From the NCBI GenBank assembly GCA_964234715.1, contig OZ174275.1: 64,000 nt of DNA. One strand, given 5' to 3'. The notes beneath the pieces were generated by a model. It did no database searches. It saw only the letters and a list, made by a program, of their open reading frames with translations, and was not told the DNA's origin. This DNA comes from Podarcis melisellensis. Its lineage: Eukaryota. Shown here piece after piece: positions 12,101 to 25,037 of the stretch; the first letter of the stretch is position 1; the number at the start of each line of letters is the position of its first letter. Made by a program: the position numbers and the translations under genes.

Positions 12101-15100
12101 AGGATAAGAAGCCAAGTAGGAATAAAAGGAATTTGGAACGGCTTCCATGTTTTGGTATGAAAGTACAACACCCAGGAGAGTCAACGAAATGGAACCAGCC
12201 TGCCCTGACTTGCACAAGCTTGCCTGACACATTGGTGAAAGGTGGTTGTTCTACACAACATTCTGAAGAGCAGTCAGAGGGAGCAGTGGGAGAGGGGTCA
12301 CTAGTTCAGTGGAAGACTTCCCAGTTCAGCTCCCAGCCTGGATTTCAGGTAGAAGGAATGGGAAAGGCCTCTCTACCTGACACCCTGGGATACTGACTCA
12401 GATCAAGGCTGCGGATGGAGGACTAGCCCGGTTGAAGTCTGTAAGCTATGTGTCTTCAAGTCCACCTATCCTAGCCTTCTGAATTTGGAAGCAGATTGGC
12501 CTGAATGTTGTGAAAGAATGGTAAATACTTCTTGAATGTGGAAATTGCATAGGATAGCATTTGCCAAACATTTGCCTCCAGATGTTTTTGACTACAATTC
12601 CCAGCGAAGACTGCCCTAACAGCAGCACTGATGGATCAGACCAAAAGGCTGAACCAATTCATCACCTTGCTGCCAAGAAATAGTCAGGTTGCCATTGCCA
12701 CAGTTTTTCCACAGTTTAGGCTACTGATGGCAGATGCAAGAGGGACTAGGTGAGGGGAGAGTATAAAGTTGTTTACTGGCATGATCCAACTCTGAATTAC
12801 CTGTTTCTGAAGCAGAGGTTCAAAACAGGAAGGAGAACAGGCTCTAGTACTTACTTGAAACAAGACCTCTTTTTAGCTCTATGTGTGTTGTTGAATAGTG
12901 TGTTTTTTAAAACAAAAGTTCAATATGGTCTATGACAACCAAAGTTTTGATTTTGCATTTATGTATGTAAAAATGTATATGGTATAAATGAGTATTATCC
13001 TATGCTTAAGAATCAGTATTTCAATGTCCATTAACTCCATTTATAGCAGGTATGGGGAATCTTCAGTCCAACAGATGTTGCTGAACTATAAGTCTCAACA
13101 TCCCTTGCCATCGGCCACGCTTTCTGAGGCTGATGGAAGTTGTAATGCAGCGACATCTGGAGGGCCAAAGCTTCCCTATACCTGGTCTACAGCTCCTGAA
13201 GGGGGAGTATTTCATTCCAAAATGCAGGGAACGAAAATGAAAAAGTATTCTACCAGTAAGCACTGGACCCGTTCTCCTTTCTGTTTTGATTCTTCATGGT
13301 GCTTCCTGTATTGCTGAAGTGAAGGTGACAAGTTCACAGTGACACTGGGAGAAAAATTCCCATAGAACTGTCCAGAACAAACAAAGGTATGTTCTCTGAA
13401 CATTGTCTGTGTGTGTTTGTGGTGTGCCAGAGGTCATTAGGCCTTGGCAGAGTAAATGCTCCAGCACCTGTCAGCTGCACTAAGCTCCAATATTAATTTC
13501 TATCAACAGACTACTGGCAAGCCACTACAGAAAACAAAAACTTCTGCCCTATAGTCAATAGCAACAGCAGCAGTACACACAAGGTATGCCATCAGGATAC
13601 AGTAACAACAGCTACACCTACACCTACACACACACACACACACACACACACACCACTGCTTGGATAGGTACATCCCTGCCCTGTTTACCTGATTGCCGGC
13701 GCCCCTGCCGGCCATACTGAGGAATGTCTTCTGTAGGTTGGTATGACAGGGACTTCTTCAGCCTCTCTGGACTGTATTTGTAGCGAGAAGGATCTAAAGG
13801 AAGCGGCAGGAGTGTTTGAGAACCTGTTAACTGCCCCCACTTGGTTTGACCAACCCCCTCATGCATGAACCAAGCTAACACCACCTTACCATTCTAATCC
13901 CCTGAATATTACATTTAGCAGCATAGGCTCCAGCAAGCAAACTCAGGCTCGGTTCGCAATCCAAGGAGGTGACAATTATATTAATTACAAGAGACAGAGA
14001 ATTGGATCATCAATACAGCATCACATCTCAGAATCACATTCCACTTATTGTTGATTTCTGTGTTGTGTAATCTTCCTGCAACCAGGTGAAATAACCTAAC
14101 CCCACGAGGCAGAGTACATTCTTAGACTTGTGTTGGAAAATTCTGACATGTCTGCTGCCTTGCCCTGCTGAGAACACAGTAAGCAGGAGGAGGATTTCTA
14201 AAAACAAACTACTGGGACATTATTATTTTTTAGAAAATAATGGAAACTTACAGTATGAGTCCATTTCCAAGATAGCTTCCTTGGCCTGAAGAAAAGAAGG
14301 TATTGGCTTAGCACTAAACTGAAAAGGAAATGGAAATCCAGGATCCTGAAACCTGAGGCAATGGGGAGTTCCCACCTCTCTTCCCTCCCCCAAAGAATAG
14401 CAGAGAGATAGGAAAGGAGAAAGGAGCTTCCCCTCAGCCCCATCATCCCTGGACACTAGGAACAAATTCCACCACAACTGTTGCCCCTTTCTCAGTTGGA
14501 CAAAGGAGCAGACAAAATTCCAAACACCAAACCTCTCATACCCACATTATGGAAGCACCTAGGCCTAGGTCTAGCTTGATATGGCTGGGCTTTGTATGAT
14601 TCAGTAAAGAGAACCAATCAAGCATACTCAAGAGTAAAGAAAAGGCAAAGATGTATAGAAGAAAGAACACCTCCAATAGCACCCCTCTGATTCAAAGAAG
14701 AAAAAGAGCATTTCTTGAGCCATGGCTCAGACTAAGTTTTAAAGAAAGGCAGAGAACTCCATGGGGTCTCCAGCATCCATTCTACAGACATACGAAGGAG
14801 AAGGAAGGAGAGCCTCCACTTACTTTCTGAGGGATGATGGCGTGGTGGTTTTCCAGAATCAGGCGCTTGATGTGGTGAGTCCAAACCCGCTTCTCCTCCC
14901 CCGATTTGGCCTGGGAACAAAAGTACACCTTATGCATCTCGGAAGCCAGGATTACTCACCTGACTCAGCTACACCTCAGCCCTTTTTGAGTGTTGCCACT
15001 CTTTCCGCTGTTATCAGGCAAACGCACACACCAGGCCCACCTGCTGTGGACACCTAACAACTCACACTCTTATGATATTCTCCAATGAGCATTCTTATCA

Positions 15101-18100
15101 CCAGTATCTCCACACCGCTGACAAACGCTGGCATTGCAATGCACCAACAAACTGCCCTAACCCCTCATTCACATCCTCTTCCTTCCAAAACACACACCTT
15201 GCATTCTCTGCCCCAAAACCAATCGACCCATTTTCTCAGGTCCTGTTACTGCCCCTCTTATTTTCACTCGGTGCCTGCCCTTATTCAGGCTGCCAGTTTT
15301 GCATCAGGCACCCCATCAACACACGTTTCCAACTATCTCCGTACCTTGCCCCCAAATCACTTTCAAACCCCCTTATAAAGGACAGTGGCTTATCTCACCT
15401 GGATGTTGTACTGCTGTTTGCTGTGTTTGTAATGGGTGACGGTGAAGCACAGTGAGTCTCGTGTACTCTCAATCAGCATCAGGGAGGAGCACTGAAGGAG
15501 CAGAGGGAGAGATGTCAAACCAAGGTATCCATTATAACGTCAACAACAAAAGTTCGCCAAATCTGCCACCTCTCTGAATCATCCGAGGGCTGCCAGTATA
15601 AACAGAGAGGCACCCTCAAAAGGACAACAAAGACCTTTTAACTTGACCAACTTTGGGTGGCCAAGGTTTGGGGACGACGACCATAAGGTTTGTTATAATA
15701 TCTATAAGTGTGCGTTTGTCAATTCCTGTGTTGTTGTCAGTTCCTTTTTAAAAACAATGTAGAGTACTAAATTTTAGAACAGACATAAATAATATAAAGA
15801 AGAAAAACATGCTGTATTCAGAACTAAAGAACACCAGTCCCCCTCCCACCCCATCATCCACTGACCCTCTCTCCCCACCCCTTCCACAGAGAATTTGATG
15901 CCATCAGCACATCCAAAACATATTCATACTTGGTTATGGTAGGGACACAGATTCAGGTAAAGAAAAAGTATCCAGTGCCTACACCTCTCAGGCTTAAAAC
16001 AGCCAAACAGATTTGTATTGGGTTGGAACAGATCTATTATCACCTTGCATATGCACATGTTGTTGTTTTCGGTTCCTGTGCCTTTGAGATGGGCGAGAGT
16101 GGCACATATAAATGTTTGATGTATAGAAAGATTAAGGGTAGCTTTTCTTGGCAACAGCAAAACAAAGAGAAAGGAGATGGGGGTGAAATTTGGGGCAGTC
16201 ACTTCACACCATCACATTGTGGGGTCAGCAGGTGCCACTGCAATTTATATACAACCCAGTAGCAAGAAAAATGGATTCCGCTCCCTTTTGGCTGTGTGGA
16301 AATAGCAGCACACCCATTGATACCCTTTTCCTCTTAATTAGTCTGGAAAAGCCACCACTCCTTTGATTTTGCATTCGAAGTCACTAATGCAAATGTGTCT
16401 GTGGAGCAAACCTCCCCGTTTTTCTGCAACTGGGCATTTGAAGGGTAACAAATTCACACTGTTGCTCTCATGTATGTGTGAGAAATGCCCTCGCCATCCT
16501 TCTTCCCTCCTGAGTCATGCCTAGGATTGTGCTGGGAGACGGAAGGCAGCAGCAGTGGGAGAGTCAGGTCAGGTAGAGAAAAGTTTGCCTTGGGGCCTTC
16601 TATACTGGATCATAAATTCACATCTGCTTCAGCTGTCAGGTATGAGTTCCAAAGTGACAAAGAATGATTCATGCTCACACCCCTCCTACCCTGATACCCA
16701 AGATGCCCTCCTGACCGCTCAAAAACAGGGAGGAAGAATTAATCACACTGCCTACTCATAGGGAGGAGGGGGAGATGAACTTCTTTTCAGTTCATGTTTA
16801 ATAGTGAATCTACTTATTTTGCACTTGCTAAAACAATACATGAAACGAAACTCCGTCAGCCTTTGGAATTCGCATTTCTCTGAATTTTGCAGTGCAGTCC
16901 TCCAGCCAAGTAATGTGTACAAAAATGCAAATATTAGGGCAAAGTGTGCATAAAAGTACATGGATCAGGGTAAATAGCATAAAAATAGGTTAGGGGAAAT
17001 TGCTTTGCATGTGTATATATATCAGGAGAAATTAACACTAAAATGCTGGTGAATTTTCATGGACTGTAAAAAAACAAACCAACTGATGTGGAAATGTGGA
17101 TAACTGGACTTCAAGATTGGAAAATTGACAGAAACCAAAACTGAAAAGATTCACTCATCCCCATGAATGAACAGAATTGCAAGGTTGGGACTACTTACTG
17201 GAATGTGGCTTTTGTATATATAATGATCGCCCCGTTTCTTTGTTATCAGCAAGATCTTGTCAAACAAGAAGAAAGTTCTCTCATTCCTGACCCGATGGAC
17301 ACGGAAAGTACCCTCCAGCACAAGCTCTCCATAAGTGGTCAGGTCAGGACCCTTCCAGTTTATAAGCAATGACTGAATCTCCTGTAAAACAGCAAAAGGC
17401 GGGGGGGGGGGTGTTAGAAAAAAGATGAAATATTTCCATCCCTATTAGGAGCCATTTCAAGGCAACCCCAAACAGAGTTACGAAGATGCCAGCATTGCTT
17501 GTAGCCTGTGCTGTGACAGAATTACAGCCACTTGAGAATTTTGAAAAAAATAAATAAATAATGGTATGTAGATAGTACCCAATGCCACACAAATAGTGTT
17601 CCACTAATGCAACAGGGCTTCCTCTCCCCACATGTCCCCAAAAGTTGCTCCAGGAGGTCTCCCTACCCTCTGGAGCAGATTTTGAGTATGTGAGGGGAGA
17701 TAAGAGCAGCGAGGGGGGAAGTCCCATTGTACAAGAGGAACGACAGCATTGGATACAATGCTATACATTTAGCCTGCAGAATACATTCATTTCAACACAA
17801 CTCAGAATATAAGCTTCCCCCCAACACTTCCATTGTTTAACCTTCACAAACATTCAAAGTATTTTTGAAATCTGTCAGCAGTCTTGAAAATAAATGCCTA
17901 GCATTACCAACAACAAAACGATCTGAATGGTTTCGTACCCAGAGGGTCTCTTTCATCAGCAAAAGTTAAAGAAGGGAATCTTAAGTATTCTAAATATTTG
18001 TCCCTTTCTTCTACTTAGTTTGAAAGGTTCTAAGAATCTTCCAAATGAGACACTGGAAAGGTAGATTTGTCCAGTGTAAAGTCACTCTGTGAGGCTGAAC

Positions 18101-21100
18101 CAAAGCAGCTGGTGGAACACAAGCCCCTATTTTTATATATTTCTGTCATTTATAGCCAGTCTTCTAATGAACTATTCAAGGCTGCTTCTCTCTCTGCCTC
18201 AATGTTCCCTCTGCTATGAGAACACGTACACCTCCAAACCGGACTCCAATTCCCTCCAGCCCCAAGTCAGCACGGCCAATGTTCAGGGATGATGGGAGTT
18301 ACAGTCCAGAAACATCTAAGCATGGGCACAGGTTCCCCATTCCTGAGTCAGAGGGTTCTAGTGTTACAGGTTGAAGCCAGAAGGGGCATCGTGACAAATC
18401 ATTCAGCCGGAACTCTGGTATTATTACAGCACATTCCATCAGCAATTCCTGCTTCTTGCCTGAAGCCCAGTAAAGAAGCATTTGCTACACAGCCCCCACA
18501 GATCATAATATGATCCACAGCTTGTGTAATATAAACCACCAACCCATAAAAAGAGTCATTTAGAAAGAATTTTGCTCCTACCATCTTCCTTTGCTCTGGA
18601 CAGATCGCTACCCTTCATTTTAAGTAACTTGCTCTTTCTAATCCTTATGTAGTTTCCAATTTGTGGGTGCCATTACAGTGGTACCTCGGTTTACAAACTT
18701 AATCCGTTCCTGAAGTCCGTTCTTAAACCGAATCTGTTCTTAAACAGAGGCACGCTTTCCCTAATGAGGCCTCCTGCTGCCGGTGCCCTTCCACCATTCG
18801 GTTTCCATTTGTAGACCGAGGTAAAGTTTGCAAACTGGAACACTACTTCCGGTTTTGCGGAGTTCGTAAACTGAATTGTTCGTAAACAGGACTGTTCTTA
18901 AACCCAGGTACCACTGTATATTGCAGATGACTAAAGAATTGATTGCCCCAGTTCAAATTACTTTTGTAGTTATCTTAAAGCTTGCCTACTGTTTTCATAG
19001 GGTGCCGTCATCACCTTGCTCAAATTCCCTGCAGAAATGAATTAATTGGCTGAAAACACAGATGAAAACTAAGGTAAGGCCTTACACCACCTACAGCAAG
19101 CATGACCACTGGTCCTGTTAACTAGGGATGATGGGAGTTGTAGTCCCAAAACAGCTGGAGGGCAAAGTTTGGCCATGCCTGACCTACAGCAACCTACGTG
19201 CACTTCTAAAACCTCAAGAAGAGAAAAATTTAAATTCAATGTTTGGAAACATGTCATTAAATTTCCATGACACTAATGCTGATACGGGTGGAGTCCTCAC
19301 AAGGGCGTTTTAAAGACTGAATAATGTAAATGAAATCTGGAATGATGAGAGGCTAAGGAAGTGCAAGCAAACTGGGAATGCACTTAAAATCTGCTGGGGT
19401 GATATTGTGAGGCTATTTGCAGGACTCTAATTGTGTTAAGGCTCAAACCAAAAATTGATATTCAGTACTAGGGGTCAGTCCCTGAGCTTGACAGTGTATG
19501 TATGTACGTACTGAGGTCTGGAAAAAAAGGGGAAATTAGACATTGCAAACTGGAATGAGGAAAAGGGAATACTGGACCAAAAATGCCTTTTATCTATCGC
19601 TCTATCTTTAAAAATCCCTTTAGCTAGCAACACTTCATGGTAAGGAATGTTGCAGTGCTAGGAAGCAGCAGGAAAGAGAGCAAACCACTAAAGATAGTAA
19701 TAACACACATGGTTGCCATCGTGTTTTGCGAGTCAGTTTCATTTTGCATATACGTACTTAAGGGAATTTCCCTTTATGGGTTATGAAAGGTGGCATTGCC
19801 TGATGCATCAGCCAGGGTGAATATACAACACTTACTTGTGAATTGCCACAGCTCTCCAAGGATAATGCCACACCTGGGACAACTTTCCCCTTTCAAATTA
19901 CCTGCAGGCGCACAGCATGCTCGTGCTTCCGTTTCATGTCATTGATATACCAAGCCACACAGGTCATGGTGTCAATCGCCTCTTCCACCACTTCATAGCC
20001 ATCCTCTTCTATGTCGAAGTGCTTTGCTATCTCCTAGGACAAAACCACACAGCCAAGAGTTGTAAGGCTCTCTAACACAAATTCATTTCACCAGTTTGTT
20101 GTCTCTTGACCACTGCCCAGTTTACTAAGCTCTGGGGCCCAGGTAAGTATACAAGGGTCAAGCCAAGTAATAACTTAAAGTCATTTTAAAAACCCCATTA
20201 TGCTGAGTGAGTCAGATCATTGGTCAACCTAGTTCAGAACTGTCCATAGTGATTGACAGCAGGTCTTTCGAGTTAGGTAGGACATTCCCACCCTACCTGG
20301 AAATGCCAGGGATTGGACCTGAGACCTTCTGCTTTTGAAGTTGATACTCTTATCACTGAACTATGGCCCTTCTCCAAAGCCTTAAGAAGCATAAATCATG
20401 ACATAAATACTGGTTGTCTCCATTGGAGCCCTTTCCATTCATGAAAAAGGCTTCCTGATCCCAGGGGAAGCTTCTTTGAACAGTTGGGATGTATGAGACA
20501 ATGTCCGTTGATTCTTCTTCCCTATGTAACACCGTGATTCCTCAAAAATCTGCTCCAGAGGGTTGGGAAACCCTCTGGAGCAGGTTAGGAAGATGGCACG
20601 GAAGCTGTAGGTAGAAGTGGCTCACTTCACCCTTTCATGGAAACGTCTGCTGGATCAGTGAAATTTCCATAGGTTTTTGGGGAGAATCTTTGAAACCAAA
20701 GTCCCATGCTTTCTTTAAAAATAACAATGCAAAAAAACTTTTTCAACATGGTGGCATGTTGATTGCAGCAGCGGCAACAACAAAAGTCACTCACCTATGG
20801 AAGTACAAAAAGGTGACTATTATCATCTATGGTGGGATTGCTTGGTAGAGTCTAGGCTAGCAAATTCAATTAGACCTTGTCTTTTTCCTTTGAACCATAT
20901 TGAAGGATCAGTCCATTGGATAAATATGAGCAAGAAATCGTAACTTACTGCAAGAAGTTTAATTTACACAAAATATTGTGTGGGATTTGGCCATTATGGC
21001 CATATTAATTGGAGAAAAGATCAGGGGTGGAATCATTTCAGTGGTTATATTAAAAAAGCACACCCATTATGTTACTCAAATGTTATGTCTATTGTTGTTA

Positions 21101-24100
21101 AACTTAAAATATGACAGTATCAAGAACGTTTTATGAAAATCAGCGTAGGAAGATGTAGGCTTTAGTGGTATGATGAATTGCCTGCAGGCTTCTGACAGGC
21201 TAATCACCAATTACAGGGTGCTGGGACAGATGGGCCTTTGGCCTCATCCACCAGGGCTCTTCTTACATTACTTTTTTGTTATTTATTTGAATTATGAAAA
21301 ACATAATGTAGAGCAATTGGGGAAAGTATCCTATCTCTGCATAAATGGATAAACACTGGTAACATACAAATCTGATCCCTTCACAGAAATAGGGCTGGTT
21401 TTGAAATACATACAGAGATGTCTGAGAAACCATTTCCTTGTATAGCTAATTCCTACAATCTATATTTCCTCATGTGTGACCCACAGAGACTATTTGTATA
21501 ATTGCAAATACTCAAACTCTGTATTAGTTCTCAACTGTTCCCACTTGACTAGTGGCCAATACATTTTCTAAGAGAGAGGTGACATTTGCTTGAACACAGA
21601 TCTGCACATTTTATGGTTGAATTTTAGGCAAAACGGGTAGAGGGTGAAGCACACAGGTCCCAAAGCTGCAAAGTTAGACAACACAACTAGGCTACTGCTA
21701 TATTACCTGAAGGAGCAGGTGATATTTGAGAATGCGCTGGACAGGCTTGAGAAGGTAGGAGCCAAGGGGCAATGAGTGACGGATTTGCTCTTGCCGCTCG
21801 CGAAAGAACTTGGCCAGCTGTTTGTTCCTCATGCATTCGGTCAGAGCTGCCACAGAGCTAGAGGGTCAAACCCATCACGGTATAATGAATAGCACTGAAG
21901 ATCAAAGCAGAGAACCTCCCACCTTCCCTTGAAGATGAGTTGACGGACAGGCATGCTCAAACACCCCGACAAAGGACAGCAATGCAAGGGTTTAAAAACA
22001 AGATCCGGAAGCCAGTGACAGCCAGACTAGCTAACAGAGAGAAGCAATCAGACTTTGGCAATATAGCACATCCTGTACCTCCTACAGGGAATTTCCTTTG
22101 ATGAGTGTGGGGGAAACCTGGAAAGTCAGCCTGTTAGAGGGAAAGAAGAAGAAGACCCCTGGAGCAGGACTTTTGAGAACAGCTGTGGGGCTTCATTACC
22201 TTGCCTTGTTCTTTGCCTCTTGCTACGATTTGCAGAAACTTTCATGAAAGATAAACAGATTTATATAAATCATGCAAATCTGCTTAGCTTTCATAAAATG
22301 TTCTGTTTCTGCTAGACTATATAAATCAAGGGCAGCCAACATTAGGTGCTTTGTGGTTTTATTCTGTATTTTTATGCTGTGAAATGCCCTGAGATCTTAG
22401 GATGAAGGGAGTATACGAATTTTATTAATACAAACAACAACATGTTGCCCTTCAGATGTTGCTGGACTACAGCTCCCATCAGCCCGGACCATAGGCTAGG
22501 CTGGGTGAGGCTGAAGGGACTTGTAATCCCACAACATGTGGAGGGTACCACAGTGGCTATTCCCAATATAAGATGTACAGTCTGAAGAATTCAGCTGGTT
22601 TTACTGCAAGATTTGGGTTATCTTGTCACTGAACGCTGACTTTAAAAAAAAGCACCTACAAACTATTCTGTGTCCCGCAGAGACAGAGGCTGATCAAAGG
22701 TTTCTTCTGTGTAAAAAGATTAAGTTATTAGAGGGGAAAGGGTCACCCAAGGCCCCATGAAACCAGTTCTTCCTTCACTGCAAATGATACTCACTTAGGG
22801 TAGTTGTTACAGTATTGAGTGTAGATATCAAAATCCTGACTCTGTTGCAGGGAGAGGGAGAGGGAGAGAGAGAGAGAGAGCGCAATCAGTAAAAGATGGC
22901 TGGATATTCACTTAGCAATAATCTCAGCTTGCCTCTCAAAACATGCCCAGTACAGCTGTATAAAAGGAATGCCAACCTCACCCTACGTACTGTTTGTTTA
23001 AGCCCTCATACCTAATGGAAGCACCCAATAAGGGTGTCGAAAGGGCTTGTGCAGCAGAATTCTGTGACACTCCATGATACAGTCAGAGATTACCACAACA
23101 CAGTATCTGCTCATCTCCTTACCCTGTCCACAAAACATCTTGCCACGGCAACAGGATCATTGTGGCAGCTGTCCAGATCCTGCAGAAGCTCACTGAGCAG
23201 AAATTGAGAAAAGGAAGAATCAGTGAGTCAGACAGACACACACATGGTGAAGCCTCTTGTGTCACATATTCTAAGCACAGCATCTCAGTAGCATAGGCAC
23301 TCAAGGGACAGGATGGGTACATGCGGGAGGCAAAATGCAAACAACATTTCCCTTCCCTCCAAGTCCCAAACATAGAAGCAAAACTCAAGGCATGCAAAGA
23401 TTTGGGAACAGTACTCACAGCACCCACCTGCACAGGGGAAGCCCTTCCACTGTTGCCAGGGAGCCAAAAACACAAGGCAGCCATTACACAGAAAGAGGGG
23501 CACTCATTGGTTAAAATGGCCAACTAGCTGCTCCAGCAACTATTCATGTAGCCTATTTGTTACAAACAGCATTTCCCCACTGCCCAAAGTGTCTTGCAGT
23601 GACAAGCTATGAGCTCATGTCTGCCCCAAGGAACTTTTTAATTTCGGGAGGGGAAGCTAGTTCACAGAACAGGCAAGCGACAAAACCAAGAACGCCCAGT
23701 AAGCCGGGAGCAATTTGAACTCAGTCTGCCCCTCTGACCTCCCCTCTCCTCAGTGCTTCATCATACAGGGAAGGATGTTGCTTCCCTGCTCTGAGACCAA
23801 CACCGCCTCTCCACTTTCCTTTCCGCAGCCATGTCTGCCCAGGACTGTTCAAATAAACCCCAAGGGTCAAACATCCATGTTGTTATTTTGCAGACTTTCA
23901 GAATGAGACAAACCTTCTGGCTAAATGTGAAAGAATGTTGGCTCCCGCTTTCCAGCAATAGGGGAGCTGGACCAAGGGAGGAACAGAACTTATCAGAAGC
24001 TTGCCGCCCACACAATCCAACCCTCCAGTCAGCTTCAGCTTGATAACACAATCAGTAGGCATTAATCTGCATCTATCAGCTTCCATAAGATGCGTAGAGT

Positions 24101-24997
24101 GTTTCAAGTTCATGGCAAAGAGGTGACAGGAAAATGCCTGTCCCAAGGCGGACTTCAGTAATGTGCAAAACACAGGGCTGGCTTCTCATTAATAACAATG
24201 CAATCTTAAATGGCTTCTACTTAGAAGTTCTACTGATTATCCCAGGTAAGTGGGATAATGGGATAAGGGGTCCAGTATAGTTTCAAATTCGATGGAGGAA
24301 TGTTGAGATTGGACTATAAGGTCCCTTCCAACTCTTCTACAATTCTATGACTGCAGCCTAAGACGTGTCAGCGGCGCTTATGCAGACAGGGAGGAAGGCA
24401 AGGGAGAGCAAAGCAAGTGAGTCTCCTGCCATCCACCAACCTGTCCCACTGTCATGATAGGACTGTGACCATTTAGGGAGAGGGTACCTTCTGCTGTGCT
24501 TAGAGATTTTCAGTCCTCTCTGGCAAATAAGGGGTGGGGCAGGGATAGTTGCCAGTGAAGCCATGGGGATCAAACATCACTCTCACCTGTTCAGTTCATA
24601 GATATCCTCGATGTTCCCAAACAGTGCACTAACTTGTTCTGGCCGTAGAAGCAGCTCTTGTGTGTCTATGATCTTCGCCAAGTAATTCTGCCAAGTCACA
24701 TTGTGTCATAAGTATTGCCATGTAGCAAAATAAGCAAGCAAATATGACAGACTGCCCCAAACTCCAGCCACCTAAACATGTGGTGGTGATGGAGATGGCA
24801 ACCTAATGAATGCTCTAGGGAATTCCCATATTGTCCAGGGGTGGGGAACCTGAGGCCCTCCAGAGCTTGTTGGACTGCAACTCCCATCATTCTTGACAGC
24901 TGACTCTGTTGGTTGGGGCTAATTGGAGGCCACCAACATCAGGAGGGCCTCAGACCTGCCCCCCAGCCCCAATATAATCCATTATTATTATTATTAT

Positions 24998-25037
<40 letters not shown>

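Noticed and set aside
13254-13313. 60-nt exon-like segment (ttcag|CAATAC..CTG|gtagaa) on the minus strand
   Set aside because: In the required phase 1 it contains a TGA and the donor is weak; a poison exon cannot be supported without RNA data.
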